In this document: positions 27,856 through 39,516 of the stretch, piece by piece
Numbering within the stretch: position 1 is the stretch's first letter
Layout: every line of letters starts with the position of its first letter
Source: the human T2T-CHM13v2.0 reference genome, Homo sapiens
NCBI RefSeq assembly: GCF_009914755.1
Contig: NC_060934.1
DNA: 64,000 nt
Strand: one strand, 5' to 3'
Program-made: the position numbers and the translations under genes
Notes under the pieces: model-generated
What the model saw: only the letters and a program-made list of their open reading frames with translations
Told to the model about the DNA's origin: nothing
The model's database searches: none

Positions 27856-29304
27856 GTGTGCAGAATGCTGCCTATCACCCAGCTTGGTGCATGATGAATT
27901 AGAGTATTTACTAAGTACTTCCTATTAACTTTGTACCTGACATTTTTGCTGCATTTAAAAATGAAGACAAAGAAGGAAAATGAACTTCACATTCCTCTAT
28001 TCCAAGGACTTGCCTCACCCACATTTCTGATTCTGCCAAGAGTGGGCCTTGCCTTCAGGGTATGACAACCAATGTATCTTACTGGCAAAAAACACAACAG
28101 CAAGGAAGAGGTTTACACTGTGGCTTATGTGCATGAGGGAGGAAATGTTCCTTGAAACTTTTATCGTGCTTATAATTCCCTCCAAATCAATCATGGCTGC
28201 ATTTTCCAGATAGTTTTTATTGTGGAGACTGCTCTTGGCCTTACCCTGGGCCATTAGCTAACAAAAGTAGTTGTTAGCTGCCCAAAATAACCAATCTCGC
28301 ACAGATTATTAGATTTTTATCAAAAGGGGCACTATTTGACAGTGAGGAATTTAGGACTTTTCTCTGTTCCTTCCTGAATCTGCTCAGCTCTCATCTCTTC
28401 TCATTGATCCTTGGTTTGTCTCCACATCAAAGCCCAGGGGTTCCTGGCTCAGAATCTTTGCCCTAAAAAAACTGCTATATGGTAGTGTTCCTTAGGATTA
28501 TTTTTAACCAAACATGCTTGTCCTGAAGCTGAATAAATGCAACCATGAGTGATGGTCTTTCAAGTTGTGAACGCCACATCCTTTTTGTGTTTGGTGTGAG
28601 TTTATGGAGAAGGGGGTCTCCTTTTATCTTCTTGGGTATCAGAGGATCTGACACTGTCAGCTTTCACTGAGCCAAGGCCCCCAAGTGATAGAAAGCCAAG
28701 AAGAAACTCAAGGCCATGAACCATAGCTGCATCATTGCTTAACTGTGGAAGATCCCAGGGTTCCCATGAGGTGTGTTGGGGAATGGGCTTCATGCTTTCT
28801 GGAGGATAGCAGTGAGAAGAGAAGCAGTGACTTTGAAGGTAAAAGGGTCCCCTAAAGGGGCCCCTTTTCTATCAGGAGAAAAATGAGAGATTTGAATCTG
28901 GGCATGGAGAAAGAAGTTTTTCATCTCCCCCCTTGGATGTGGACTAGCCAGGAGCCCCGCCCCACAGCCTCTTTCTCTTCCCCATTGATGAATAAAACAC
29001 AAACTATAAAGGGACATAGATTAGGTAAACTCCTAAAAATGAGTAAATAAAGCAATGAAAGTATCCATTATTTTCCCACATCTAGTGCCTTTTTACCTCA
29101 TGAACAAACAAATCATACAAAAATAATAACCAAAATTTCCTTATTTAAAATAAGTCAACCTTCAACCAGACGTGTATCTGAATTGACAAAGTTGAAAGTG
29201 TTTGCTAAGAGAAATCTTGAGATGCCATATGTTTGGGGTCAAGGCAGAGCGCTTTAGGCAGAAAGCATTCTCACACTGTAGATACTCTTCCTTTTAAGTA
29301 TTCG

Positions 29305-29450
29305 GTTTTATTTTATTTTTAATTTTTGTGGGTACATAGTCGGTATATATATTTATGGGGTACATGAGATGTTTTGATACAGGTATGCAATGTGAAATAA
29401 GTACATAATAGAAACTAGGGCATCCATCCCCCTCAAGCATTTATCCTTTA
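29305..29450 (-). mobile_element. L1MA-type 3' end fragment
   Basis: T tail then GGGTACATAGT...GGGGTACATGAGATGTTTTGATACAGG. Confidence 0.8.
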
Positions 29451-30277
29451 CACATACACTGGCCTGGCTTGTCTCCCCACCCAAATAGCAGTCACTGTCC
29501 AAACACTTTCCCCTTCAACATAAAATTACCTATGACACAGAATATGTCCAGTTAGACTCAGGAGAATGCTCACTGAAGTCCTTAGAGGGACTACTACCCA
29601 ATGACAGAAACAGTGATGGCAGTGGTGGTGGTCGGCAGTAGTGGTAGAAATCATGACATTCTTTCATTAATTGTATGGTACTTTAAACAACCACATAACA
29701 CATTCATATGTTCTTATTAATATAAGGAAGGCAGAGCAAATGTTGTCCCTTATTTTTAGAACAAGGTAATAGTCTGTGTAGGATTAAGACTCATAAGATA
29801 AAGGAAAAAATCATATGGGTACATTTGTGCCAGAGTTGAAATGAGAAACACTCATCTGTTTTCTTCCCTTTGAACTGACTTGTCTCCAGAATTACCAGGG
29901 AAGCAAATAAGGACGGCTAGATGGCCTGAAAAATCCTCCACCAATAAGAATTCAAGGCCCCCAGGCTGAAGAGATGTCTTTGCTACAGTTGTGGCTTAAG
30001 AACTTCGTATAGAAATCTCTTCAATTACTTGTTCTTATCAAATTGATGATGGTGGAAACCAAGAAAATGTGCTCTGACATAATAGGAGAGATTTACATAT
30101 TTTAGTTGGATTTGTTTATGTAGGAAGGATTAAAGAAGAGAAAGAAGGAGGGAGGAAGACAGAAATATAGAAAGGAAAGTAAGGGAAGGAGTTAGGAAAG
30201 GAGGGAAAAAGGGAGAAAAAATCTTGCAGTGTTAAAAAACTATTTACCTCTCAGATGCAACACCGATACCTTAACAC

Positions 30278-30590
30278 TTTTTTTTTTTTTTTTTTTTTTT
30301 TTTTAGTTAACATGAAGTTTTGCTCTTGTCGCCCAGGCTGGAGTGCAATGGTGCGATTTTGGCTCACTGCATCCTCTGACTCCTGGGTTCAAGTGATTCT
30401 CCTGCCTCAGCCTCCCAAGTAGCTGGGATTAAAAGCGGCTGCCACCATGCCCAGCTAATTTTTGTATTTTTAGTGAAGACAGGGTTTCACCATGTTGGCC
30501 AGGCTGGTCTTGAACTCCTACCTCAGGTGATCCACCCACCTCAGCCTCCCAAAGTGCTGGGATTACAGGTGTGAGCCACCGCGCCCGGCC
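30278..30590 (-). mobile_element. Alu, full length, antisense (AluSq/Sx-like)
   Basis: T27 tail; ends GCGCCCGGCC. TSD core TTAACACT. Confidence 0.95.
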
Positions 30591-31348
30591 GCATTAACAC
30601 TGTTTCATCAGCTTTGTCCTCTTCTCATTTTAGTTTGGAAAGTAAAATCCTCACTTATTGCCTAGGGTGTGTTCATGTATATTCTTCTACTTGCTAGTTT
30701 AGAATATCATGCTGCTTATATCAGTTTTCTGAGGGAAAAAATAAGAAGCTTGGTTACCTTTCTGCAAGCAGATTTCTTATTATTTGGGAACCTGGCATTT
30801 GTTTCTAGTTTGATTTAGGGAGATATACTTTTCCCTGTTTGGAAAACAGCCTTGCCAGTTTCTGAATGACACCCACTGTATACTGCAGATGATGAGGCAC
30901 AATGGCCAATTGTTGAAGGAGATGGAAACCCATTAACAATCAAGAATAATGGAAGAGCCTTCCATACAATACACTGACCCCAAATCACAATACAGGCTAA
31001 TCATCAATAACAAAATAGACTGCTGTTTATCTTCCCATTTATTGGCTAAGTGTCTAGTAAATCAGCTTTGTCCTTGTATTAGAGGTTCATAAGCATCTGT
31101 GGTTAGACTTATCAGATGTAAATTTAGTTCAGATGCCACTCAAAAAATCTGAAACTTGATTTGAGTTCCCTGTTATATTCAGTACTTCATTTCAAGCGTG
31201 TATACACACCTCCCAATGTATATGGTTTTGTGACCCTTCCTTTTTTACAGGAGATGCGAATAGAATTTAAGGTTAAGAATCTAGGGGTGTGATACAGTTT
31301 GACCACATCCAGAATATAAACACTGACTTTTTTTTTCTGTTTCCTTAG

Positions 31349-31482
31349 GTCCTGTGGAGCATGTTCATCTCCGAGTTCCATTTGTTGCCATAAGAAATAA
31401 GGAGGTCAACATCAGTGCAGTCGTGTGGCCCAGTCAACTGGGGACCCTTACCTATTTCTGGTGGTTCGGCAATAGCACAAAG
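31349..31482 (+). CDS. SORCS3: SORCS3 coding exon (~exon 20, 134 nt), second PKD domain
   Basis: ttag|GT CCT GTG ... ACA AAG|gtttgg. (C)PVEHVHLRVPFVAIRNKEVNISAVVWPSQLGTLTYFWWFGNSTK. Confidence 0.96.
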
Positions 31483-32144
31483 GTTTGGCCCTTTCTGATT
31501 GATGTCAAATTAGATCTGTACTGAATGCTCCTATGTTCCAGCTTTTATGTGTCTATTAGGGGGCACTGAGAATGCAGGCAATAAGAGGTACTTAATAAAC
31601 CTATGAGCCCACAAAATTGAATAAAACATACCTCTTTACACCAAGTTCATTACTTTATTAGGGAAAGTTCAAATAATCCTAAGGAAGAAAGAGTACTTTG
31701 AGAAACTCTGCAAACCTGCATGTTCTTGCTTCTCTAATCAATATTTCTAAAATTTCATTCGTTCCATTTTGCTTTAATCTTGGCCTTGGCCTGGTTATAT
31801 AATGTCAAAGAAGTTACTTAGCATCTCTGAGATTAAGTAGCCCTATCTGTCTAGATATCTAAATGTAGGGTTGCCAAAATTAAACAAGATAACCCAGGTA
31901 AAGAATCCTTATCAATACTTACTAGTTGTTCTAGAAATGCTAGCATTCTTTTCAGGCAAGGTGCTGAGGTTGCCACGTCTCAAAGAAAGGAACAAAAGAG
32001 GCCAAACTCTGGACTTGCCATATACTCCCTACTTCCAGCCATGGTGATGGCAACACCTGTGTCAAGCATGACCACAATTGTATGATAGAAGCTGGGAGCA
32101 ATTTGGCTGAGAATTCCTCAGAGGTAATGTTCTTCTCTATTCCT

Positions 32145-34095
32145 GTTTTATAAAGAACACTTCATTTTTGAGGAGTTGTAAGTTCACAGCAAAATCAACA
32201 GGTGGTACAGAGATTTTCCATATATCCCCTGCTTCCACACATGTATAGCCTCCTCCATTATCAACATCCTCCACCAGAGTGTTACATTTGTTGTAATAGA
32301 TGAACTTACATTAATACATCATTATCACTCAAAGTCCATAGTTTACTTTAGATTCATTTCTGGTTTTGTAGATTCCATAGGTTTGGATAAATGTATAATG
32401 ACATGAATCTACCACTATAGTATCAAAAAGAAGGGTTTCACTACCCTGAAAATGCTCTGTGCTCCACCTATTCTTACCTGCCTCCTCCTTAATCCTTGGC
32501 AACCACTGATATTTTTACTGTCTCTGTAGTTTTGCCTTTTCCAGAATGTCATATAGTTGGAATCATATAGTATGCACTGTTTTCATATTGGCTTCCTTCA
32601 CTAAGCAATATGCATTTAAGTTTCCTCCATGTCTTTTCGTGTCTTGATAGCTCATTTCTTTTCAGTGCTGAATAATATCCCATTGTCTGAATGTATCACA
32701 GTTTATTTATCCATTCACTCATTGAAGAGCATACTGGTTGCTTCTAAGTTTTGGCAATAATGAATAAAGCTGCTATAAACGTTCATGGGCAAGTTTTCTG
32801 TGGACATAAGTTTTCGACTACTTTGGATAAATACTAAGAGCATGATTTCTGGATCTTATGGTAGCAATATGTTTGGTTTTGAAATAAACCACTAAACTGT
32901 CTTCCAAACTGGTTGGACCATTTTGGATTTCCACCACCAATGAATGAGAGTTCTTGTTGCTCCACATACTCACTAGCATTTGGTGGTGTCATGTTCTGGA
33001 TTTTGGTCATTCTAATAGCCATGTAATGATATCACATTTTTGTTTAAATTTGGATTTCCCAGATGACATATTATTTAGAGAAATTTTTCATATGCTTATT
33101 TCCCAACTATATAACATCTTTGGTGAGTTGTCTATTAAGGTCTGTGGCCTATTTTTAAATCAGATTGTTCCATTACTTATTGAGTTTTAATAATTCTTTG
33201 TATATTATTGGATAATCTTTTATCAGATATGTCTTCTGCAAATATTTTCTTCCACTCTGTGGCTTATCTTTTCAACTTCTTGATAGTGTCTTTTGTAGAC
33301 AAAAGTTTTTAATTTTAAGGAAGTCCAGCTTATCAGTTCTTTTTTTCATGAATCATGCCATTGGTGTTGTATCTCAAATGACTTCTCCATACCCAACATC
33401 ATCAATGTTTTCTCCTATGTTGTCTTCTAGGAGTTTTATAGTTTTGAGTTTTACATTTAGATCTATGATCCATTTTGAGATCATTTTTTAAAGGCATAAG
33501 GTTTATACCTAGATTCATTTTTTTTGGCATGTGGATATCCAGTTGTTCAAGCACCATTTTTTGAAAATACCATTTTTGCTCCATTGTATTAACTTTGCTC
33601 CTTTGCCAAAAATAAGTTGATTACACTTATGTGAGTCTATTTCTGGGCTATTTATTTGGTTCCATTGGTCTGTTTTCCTGTTTTTTTTCACCAATACAAC
33701 CTGTTTTGATCACTGTAGATTTATAATAGATCTTGAAGTTGAGTAGAGTCAGTTCTTCAACTTTGTTCTCCTTCAATTTTATGTTGACTATTTTGAGTCA
33801 TTTGCCTTGCCATATATACTTTCAAATCACTTTATCAATGTCTACAAACTAACTTGCTAGGATTTTGATGGGCATTGGATTGCATCTATAGATCAAATTG
33901 GTAAGAAGTGACATCTTCACAATATTAAGTATTCCTATCCATGAACATGGCATATCTGTTTATTTAGTTGTTATTTGATGTCTTTCAACAGAGTTTTGTA
34001 GTTTTTCCTACATGGATCTTGTACACATTTTGTTAAATTTATACAGAAGAATTTCATTTTTGATGGTGCTAAAGTACATGGTATTGGGTATTTTA
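32145..34095 (-). mobile_element. Old L1 (L1MC-like) 3'UTR and ORF2 3' part; host element, segment 1
   Basis: L1MC-type 3'UTR start (AAGTTCACAGCAAAAT...GTACAGAGATTTTCCATATATCCCC) running into degenerate ORF2. Confidence 0.8.
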
Positions 34096-36212
34096 TGTTT
34101 TTGTTTTAATTGGTATGTAACACTACTGTTTTTTATATGTTGATTTTGTATTCCGCAACTTTACTGAATTTGTTGATCAGATTTAAGAGTTTTTTCATGG
34201 AGTCTCTAGGTTTTCTAAATATACATCAGCAACAGGGAAAATTTGACTCTTTCTTTTTAAATGTAGATTGGCTTTTATTTTTTTTTCTCTTGCCTGATTA
34301 CTCTGGTTAGGACTTCCGGTCCTATATTGAATAGGAGTGGTGAAAATGGGCATCCTTATCTTCTTGTTCTAGGCTTTAAAGGAAAGGCTTTCAACTTTTC
34401 CTGATTCAGTATGATATTAACTATGGATTTGTCATATAGCCTTTACTACATTAAGGTACATTCCTTCTATGCTGGTTTTTTGAGACTTTTTATCATTAAC
34501 GATGTTAATTTCATCAAATGCTTTTTCTGAATCTATTAACATGATCATATGTTTTTTGTCATTCACTCTATTGATGCAATGTACCACATTTATTGGCTTG
34601 TGTATGTTAAATTATACTTGCATCCCTGGGATAAATTCAAGTTGATCTTGATGTATATTTTTTTCTGACGTGCTGTTGGATTCAGTTTGTTAGTATTTCA
34701 TTGAGAATTTTCAATCCTATATTCATCGAGCCTATTGGCCCATAGTTTTCTTTTTTTGTTGAGTTCTTGCCTGGTTTGAGTATCAGGGTAATGCTGGTCT
34801 TGTAGAATGAGTTAGGGAGCATTCCCTCCTCTTAAATTTTTTGGAATACTTTGTGAAGAGTTGATATTAGTTCATCTTTGAAAGTTTGATAGAATTCAGC
34901 AGTGAAGCCATCTGATCATAGACTTTTCTTTTTTGGGAGACTTTTTGTTACTAATTAAATCTCATTATCAGTTATTGGCCTGTAATCAGGCTTTCTATTT
35001 CTTCCTGATTCAGTCTTGGTGGGTTGTATGTGTCTAGGAATTTATCCATTTTCTCTGGGTTTTTCAGTTTCTTAGTGTATATAGTTGTTCATAAATGTCT
35101 CTAATGATCTTTTGTGTTTCTGTGGTATCAGTTGCAATGCCTCCTTTTCCATTTCTGATTTTATTTGAGTCTTTACTCTTTCTTGGTTAGTCCAGCAAGT
35201 GGTTTGTTGATTTTGTTTATCTTTTCAAAAAAACCACTTTTTGGTTTATTGATCTTTTGTATTATTTTTTTAGTCTCTATTTTGTTTAGTTCTCCTCTGA
35301 TCTTTATTATTTCTTATCTTCTACTAATTTGGGGTTTTATTTGTTCTTGCTTTTCTAGTTTCTTGAGTTGCAGGTTGTATTATTTGAAATCCTTCTGCTT
35401 TTCTGATGTAGGTAATTATTGCTATAAGCGTACCTCTCAGCATTGCTTTTGCTGTATCTCATAGGTTGTGGTATGTTGTGTTTCTGGGTTTTTTTGTTTC
35501 AAAATTTTTAAAATTTACTGTGTAATTTCTTTCTTGACCCAACATTCAGAAGCATATCATTTAATTTCTATGTATTTGTACAGTTTCTAAAGTTCCTCTT
35601 GTTATTGATTTCTAGATTTATTCCATTGTGGTCTGAGAAGATACTTGATATGATTTCAACTTTACAAAATTTGTTTAGACTTGTTTTGTGTCCTAACATA
35701 TGGTCGATCTTGGAGAATGTTCCAGGTGCTGATGAGAAGAATGTATATTCTCTAGCTCTTGGATAAAATGTTCTGTAAATATCTGTTAGGTCCATTTGGT
35801 CTAATGTGCAGTTTAAGTGAAATGTTTCTTTGTTTTCCGTCTAGATGATCTGTCTAATACTGAAAGTGGAGTGTTGAAGTTCCCAACTATAATTGTGTTG
35901 GATTCCATCTCTCCCTTTAGATCAACTAATATTTGCTTTGTATATCTGGGTGCTGGGGTATTGGGTGCATATATGTTTAGAATTATGATATCTTCTTGCT
36001 GAATTGATCCCTTTATCATTATATAATGATCTTCTTTGTATTTTTTGTTTTTTATTTTTTTTTACTTAAAGTTTGTTTCTTTGATATAAATATAGCTACT
36101 CCTGCTAATTTTCAGTTTTCATTTGCATGGAATGTATTTTCCCATCCATTTACTTTCAGTCTGTATATGTCATGACAGGTGGGATGAGTTCCTTGTAGGC
36201 AGCATATTGTGG

Positions 36213-36218
<6 letters not shown>

Positions 36219-36274
<56 letters not shown>
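36219..36274. repeat. (TG)24 microsatellite plus TATGTGTG
   Basis: Read directly. Confidence 0.97.
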
Positions 36275-36532
36275 TTTTAAATCCATTTCATTAGCTTTAA
36301 CTTTACTGAGGAAAGTTAATTTGCTTACTTTCAAAGTTATTGATATGTGAGGGCCTATTTCTATCATTTCATTAATTAATTTCTGGTTGTTTTGTATACC
36401 TTTGTCCCTTTTCTTTCTCTCTTATTGTTTATCATAGTGGTTTTGTTTTGTTCTTCATAGTGATAACATTTGAATCTTTTATCTTCCTTTTTTGTTTGTT
36501 TGTTCTACCAGTGGCTTTTATATTTTCATGTG

Positions 36533-36735
36533 TCTGCCTGCCTGCCCTGCCCTCCATCACTCCCTCCATCCCTCCTTTCTTTCTTTCCCTTTCTTTCTTT
36601 CTCTCTTTTCTTTCTTTCTCTCTTTCCTTCTGTTTCTTCTTTCTTTCTCTGTTTCTTGCTTTCTTTCTTGCTCTTTCTCTCTCTTTCTCTCTTTCCCTCT
36701 TGCTTTCTTGATTTCTTTCTTTATTTCTCTTTCAC
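36533..36735. repeat. CT-rich (CCTG/CCCT/CTTT)n low-complexity polypyrimidine tract
   Basis: Read directly; about 200 nt, almost all pyrimidine. Confidence 0.9.
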
Positions 36736-39516
36736 AGGATTTTCTTAAGAATTTCTAATATGGCAAATCTAGTGGTGATGAATTCCCTCAGCTTTGCTTG
36801 TCTGGGAAATATTTCATTTCTTCTTCATTTATGAAGAATATCTTTGCTAGGTATAATATTCTTGGTTGACAGTATTTTCCTTTCAGCTGTTTGAATATGT
36901 CATCCTATTCTCTCCTGGTTTGTAAGATTTCTGATGGTAAATCCACTCTTGGTTGAATGGGGGCTCATTTATAAGTCACTAGATGTTTTCCTTTGCCTAT
37001 TTTTTGAATTCTGTATTTGTCTTTGACTTTTAAGAGTTTGACTATAATGTGGCATAAAGAAGATCTTTTTACTTTGCATCTTTTTGGAACTATCGGAGCC
37101 TTCTGAATCTGGATATCTAAATCTCTTGCTAGACTTGGGAAAAGTTTCAGCAATTATTTTGTTAAATTGATTTTGTAATTATTTCATTTTCTTTTTATCT
37201 TCTGGCATACCGGCAATTTGAATATTTGCTCATTTTATCATGTTCCATATAGCACATAAGCTTTGCTCATTTTTAAAAATTGTTTCCTTAACATTTTTGT
37301 TTGAGTGGGTTATTTCCAAAAACCTGTTTTCGGGATCTGAGGTTCTTTCTTCTGCTTGATTTAGTCTATTAAAGCTTTCAAATGTATTTTGTCATTCATT
37401 TGGTGGGTTCTTCTGTTCAGAATTTGTCTTCATTTTTTTTAATAGTGTCTCTTTGGTAAATTTCTCATTCATATCCTGAATTGTTTTCCTGATTTCTTTT
37501 CCTTGCATTTTTGAATCTCTTTTTATCTCACAGAGCTTCTTTCAAATCAATATTTTGAATTCCTTTTCTTGGATTTTATAATTGTTTTGTTTGATTGGGA
37601 TCTGTTACTGGAGAATTATTGTGTTCCTTCAGAGTTGTCACTTTTTCTTGCTTTTTAAAATGTTTTCTGTGTCCTTACATTGATATCTGTGCAGCTGGTA
37701 TAATGGTTACTTCTTCCAGTTTTTTGAATTTGCTTTTGTAGGGAGGGACTTTTTCCTGAAGATGTTTTTATGGTGTTGGTTGAATAGGGCACTTTGGCTT
37801 TGATTCTGGGTGCATGCATTAGTATAGTGTCTGTGTGATTTATTTTGCCTTAAATAGAATCAGTGGCAGCTGTGATTCCCTTGCTGGATTGGAGGCAGTT
37901 ATTAGTGGAGGCCATGGAAATTTTTTGCTGGGGACTGGGATGTCAGGTGGGCCAGGGTCTGGGGTCCTAGGGTAGCAGCAGTGGGCTGATTATGCCTATT
38001 TAGGGGCCTCAGAGCAGTGTACGTTGGCCTTGGTGTTAGAAGGCCCAACTGCACTGATTCCTGGGCCTTCAGGTGTCTTGCTGGTAGTCATAGTGGTGCA
38101 CCAGGTGGGTGAGTGGGTTCTGTGCCCCTTGGGCAGGAGGTGTGGTGTAGGTGATAGTAGTAGCAATGGCAGGATAACCCTCTGTGTCTTGAGCAGTTTC
38201 CACTGATGTTAGTGGTGGCTGCAATGGGTTAGTGGTTTAGTCTTCATATCTACAATTAGTGAATACAGATGGGTGCCAGCTCTGGTGGTAGTGGTAGGAT
38301 GGTGGACCCAACCTGGTGGTAGTGGCAGGGTGGTGTGCCCAACCTCAGGTGTCTGGGAGGAGTGCTGAGGTACTGGTTGTGGTAGACTAGGCAGTGTGAT
38401 CCCGAGACCCTTGTACTCTCAGATTGAGTCTTCTGGCTTCAGGGGAGGCAGAGCCAGGCTAAGAAGTCCTACCCTCAGGCTCCCTGGTGTTGTGTGCAGG
38501 TACTGGCTGTGGTAGACAGTGGTAGGGTGATCTCCAAACCCCAGGTGGGATGCTTAGGTTGGGGAGTGGGAGTGGTTATGCTGCTGCCCTGCTACTGGAG
38601 AGGGCAGGGGTGCTTTTAGTGGTGGGCAGGGTTGCTTTTAGTGGCAGCCATAGTCAGGTGGGTGGGAAATACATATTTTGCTTGTATCTTAGCCTAGGTG
38701 GCAGAAGCTTATATTTCACTTGCACTTCAGCCACCTCATTGGCAACTGGTTCTTCACTCATATCTTAGCCTTGACTGTAGCAGCCCAAACTTCACTAACC
38801 TCCCAGCCCACGGCAGCAGCCCACAGTAATGGCAGCTATGGGTGGGGAGAGGGGTTCTGTCTGGGTGCAATAAATGCACAGTGGCTCTGATGCTGGTGGC
38901 AAGTGTGATCATTGCCAGTGGCCTGTGCCTTAGTCCACATAGCAGCAGCTAGGTGCAGTGGTGACTGTCTGTGGGGGATGTCAACAGGGCTCCAGGAATA
39001 AGGAGATGTAGTCGCTGTTGGGCCCCAGAGCAAGGCAAAGTCTGTTGGGAGCTAGGTTCTCAAAATGGCACCTTGCTGCAGCTGCTTTGGACTTGGGATG
39101 TGTGGAACTCAGTGTGAGCTCCCTCTCTGGAGCACGGATATTGCAGTCTCCAGGGAGCTGCTTATGTCAGTTTCAGGGCCCACAATGGTCAAGAGGCTCT
39201 CCAGTGGCTAGGGTTGTAGGAGTCCATGGTGAGGATGTGGACTTCTGGAGGTCTCTCACTTGCCCTTTTCTCATATTGGGGAGTCCCTTTCCACATTGGG
39301 GAATCTCTCCAAACTCCTAGCCGATCCTGGCCAAGCAGGCTGCCTTGCTTCCATGTCCTTCACTGCTTTATGTGCTTCCTGTTACTTCTCTGTTGAACTC
39401 CAGGATTCTTTCTTAGATGACCTATTCAAAGTGTGATTGTCTAGTCACTATTTTTGTTTCTTCTTTGTGGAGAAGACCAGTATGAGCTGCCTTTGGTCAG
39501 CCATCTTTAAACTCCT

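Larger units (their letters stand above)
34096..39516 (-). mobile_element. Nested L1 (L1MA/L1M2-3-like): 5'UTR, ORF1, ORF2 EN and part of RT, no 3' end
   Basis: ORF fragments with L1 endonuclease motifs (NIYAPN, GNFNTPLS, DLTDIYRTFYP, SKIDHMLGHK, SDHNGI) and ORF1 sequence (FPSLARDLDIQIQ). The 5' end reads GGAGTTTAAAGATGGCTGAC on the minus strand (YY1 motif). Confidence 0.85.

Noticed and set aside
36448-36758. Hydrophobic F/L/S-rich ORFs resembling membrane peptides
   Set aside because: Translation of CT-rich low-complexity DNA.
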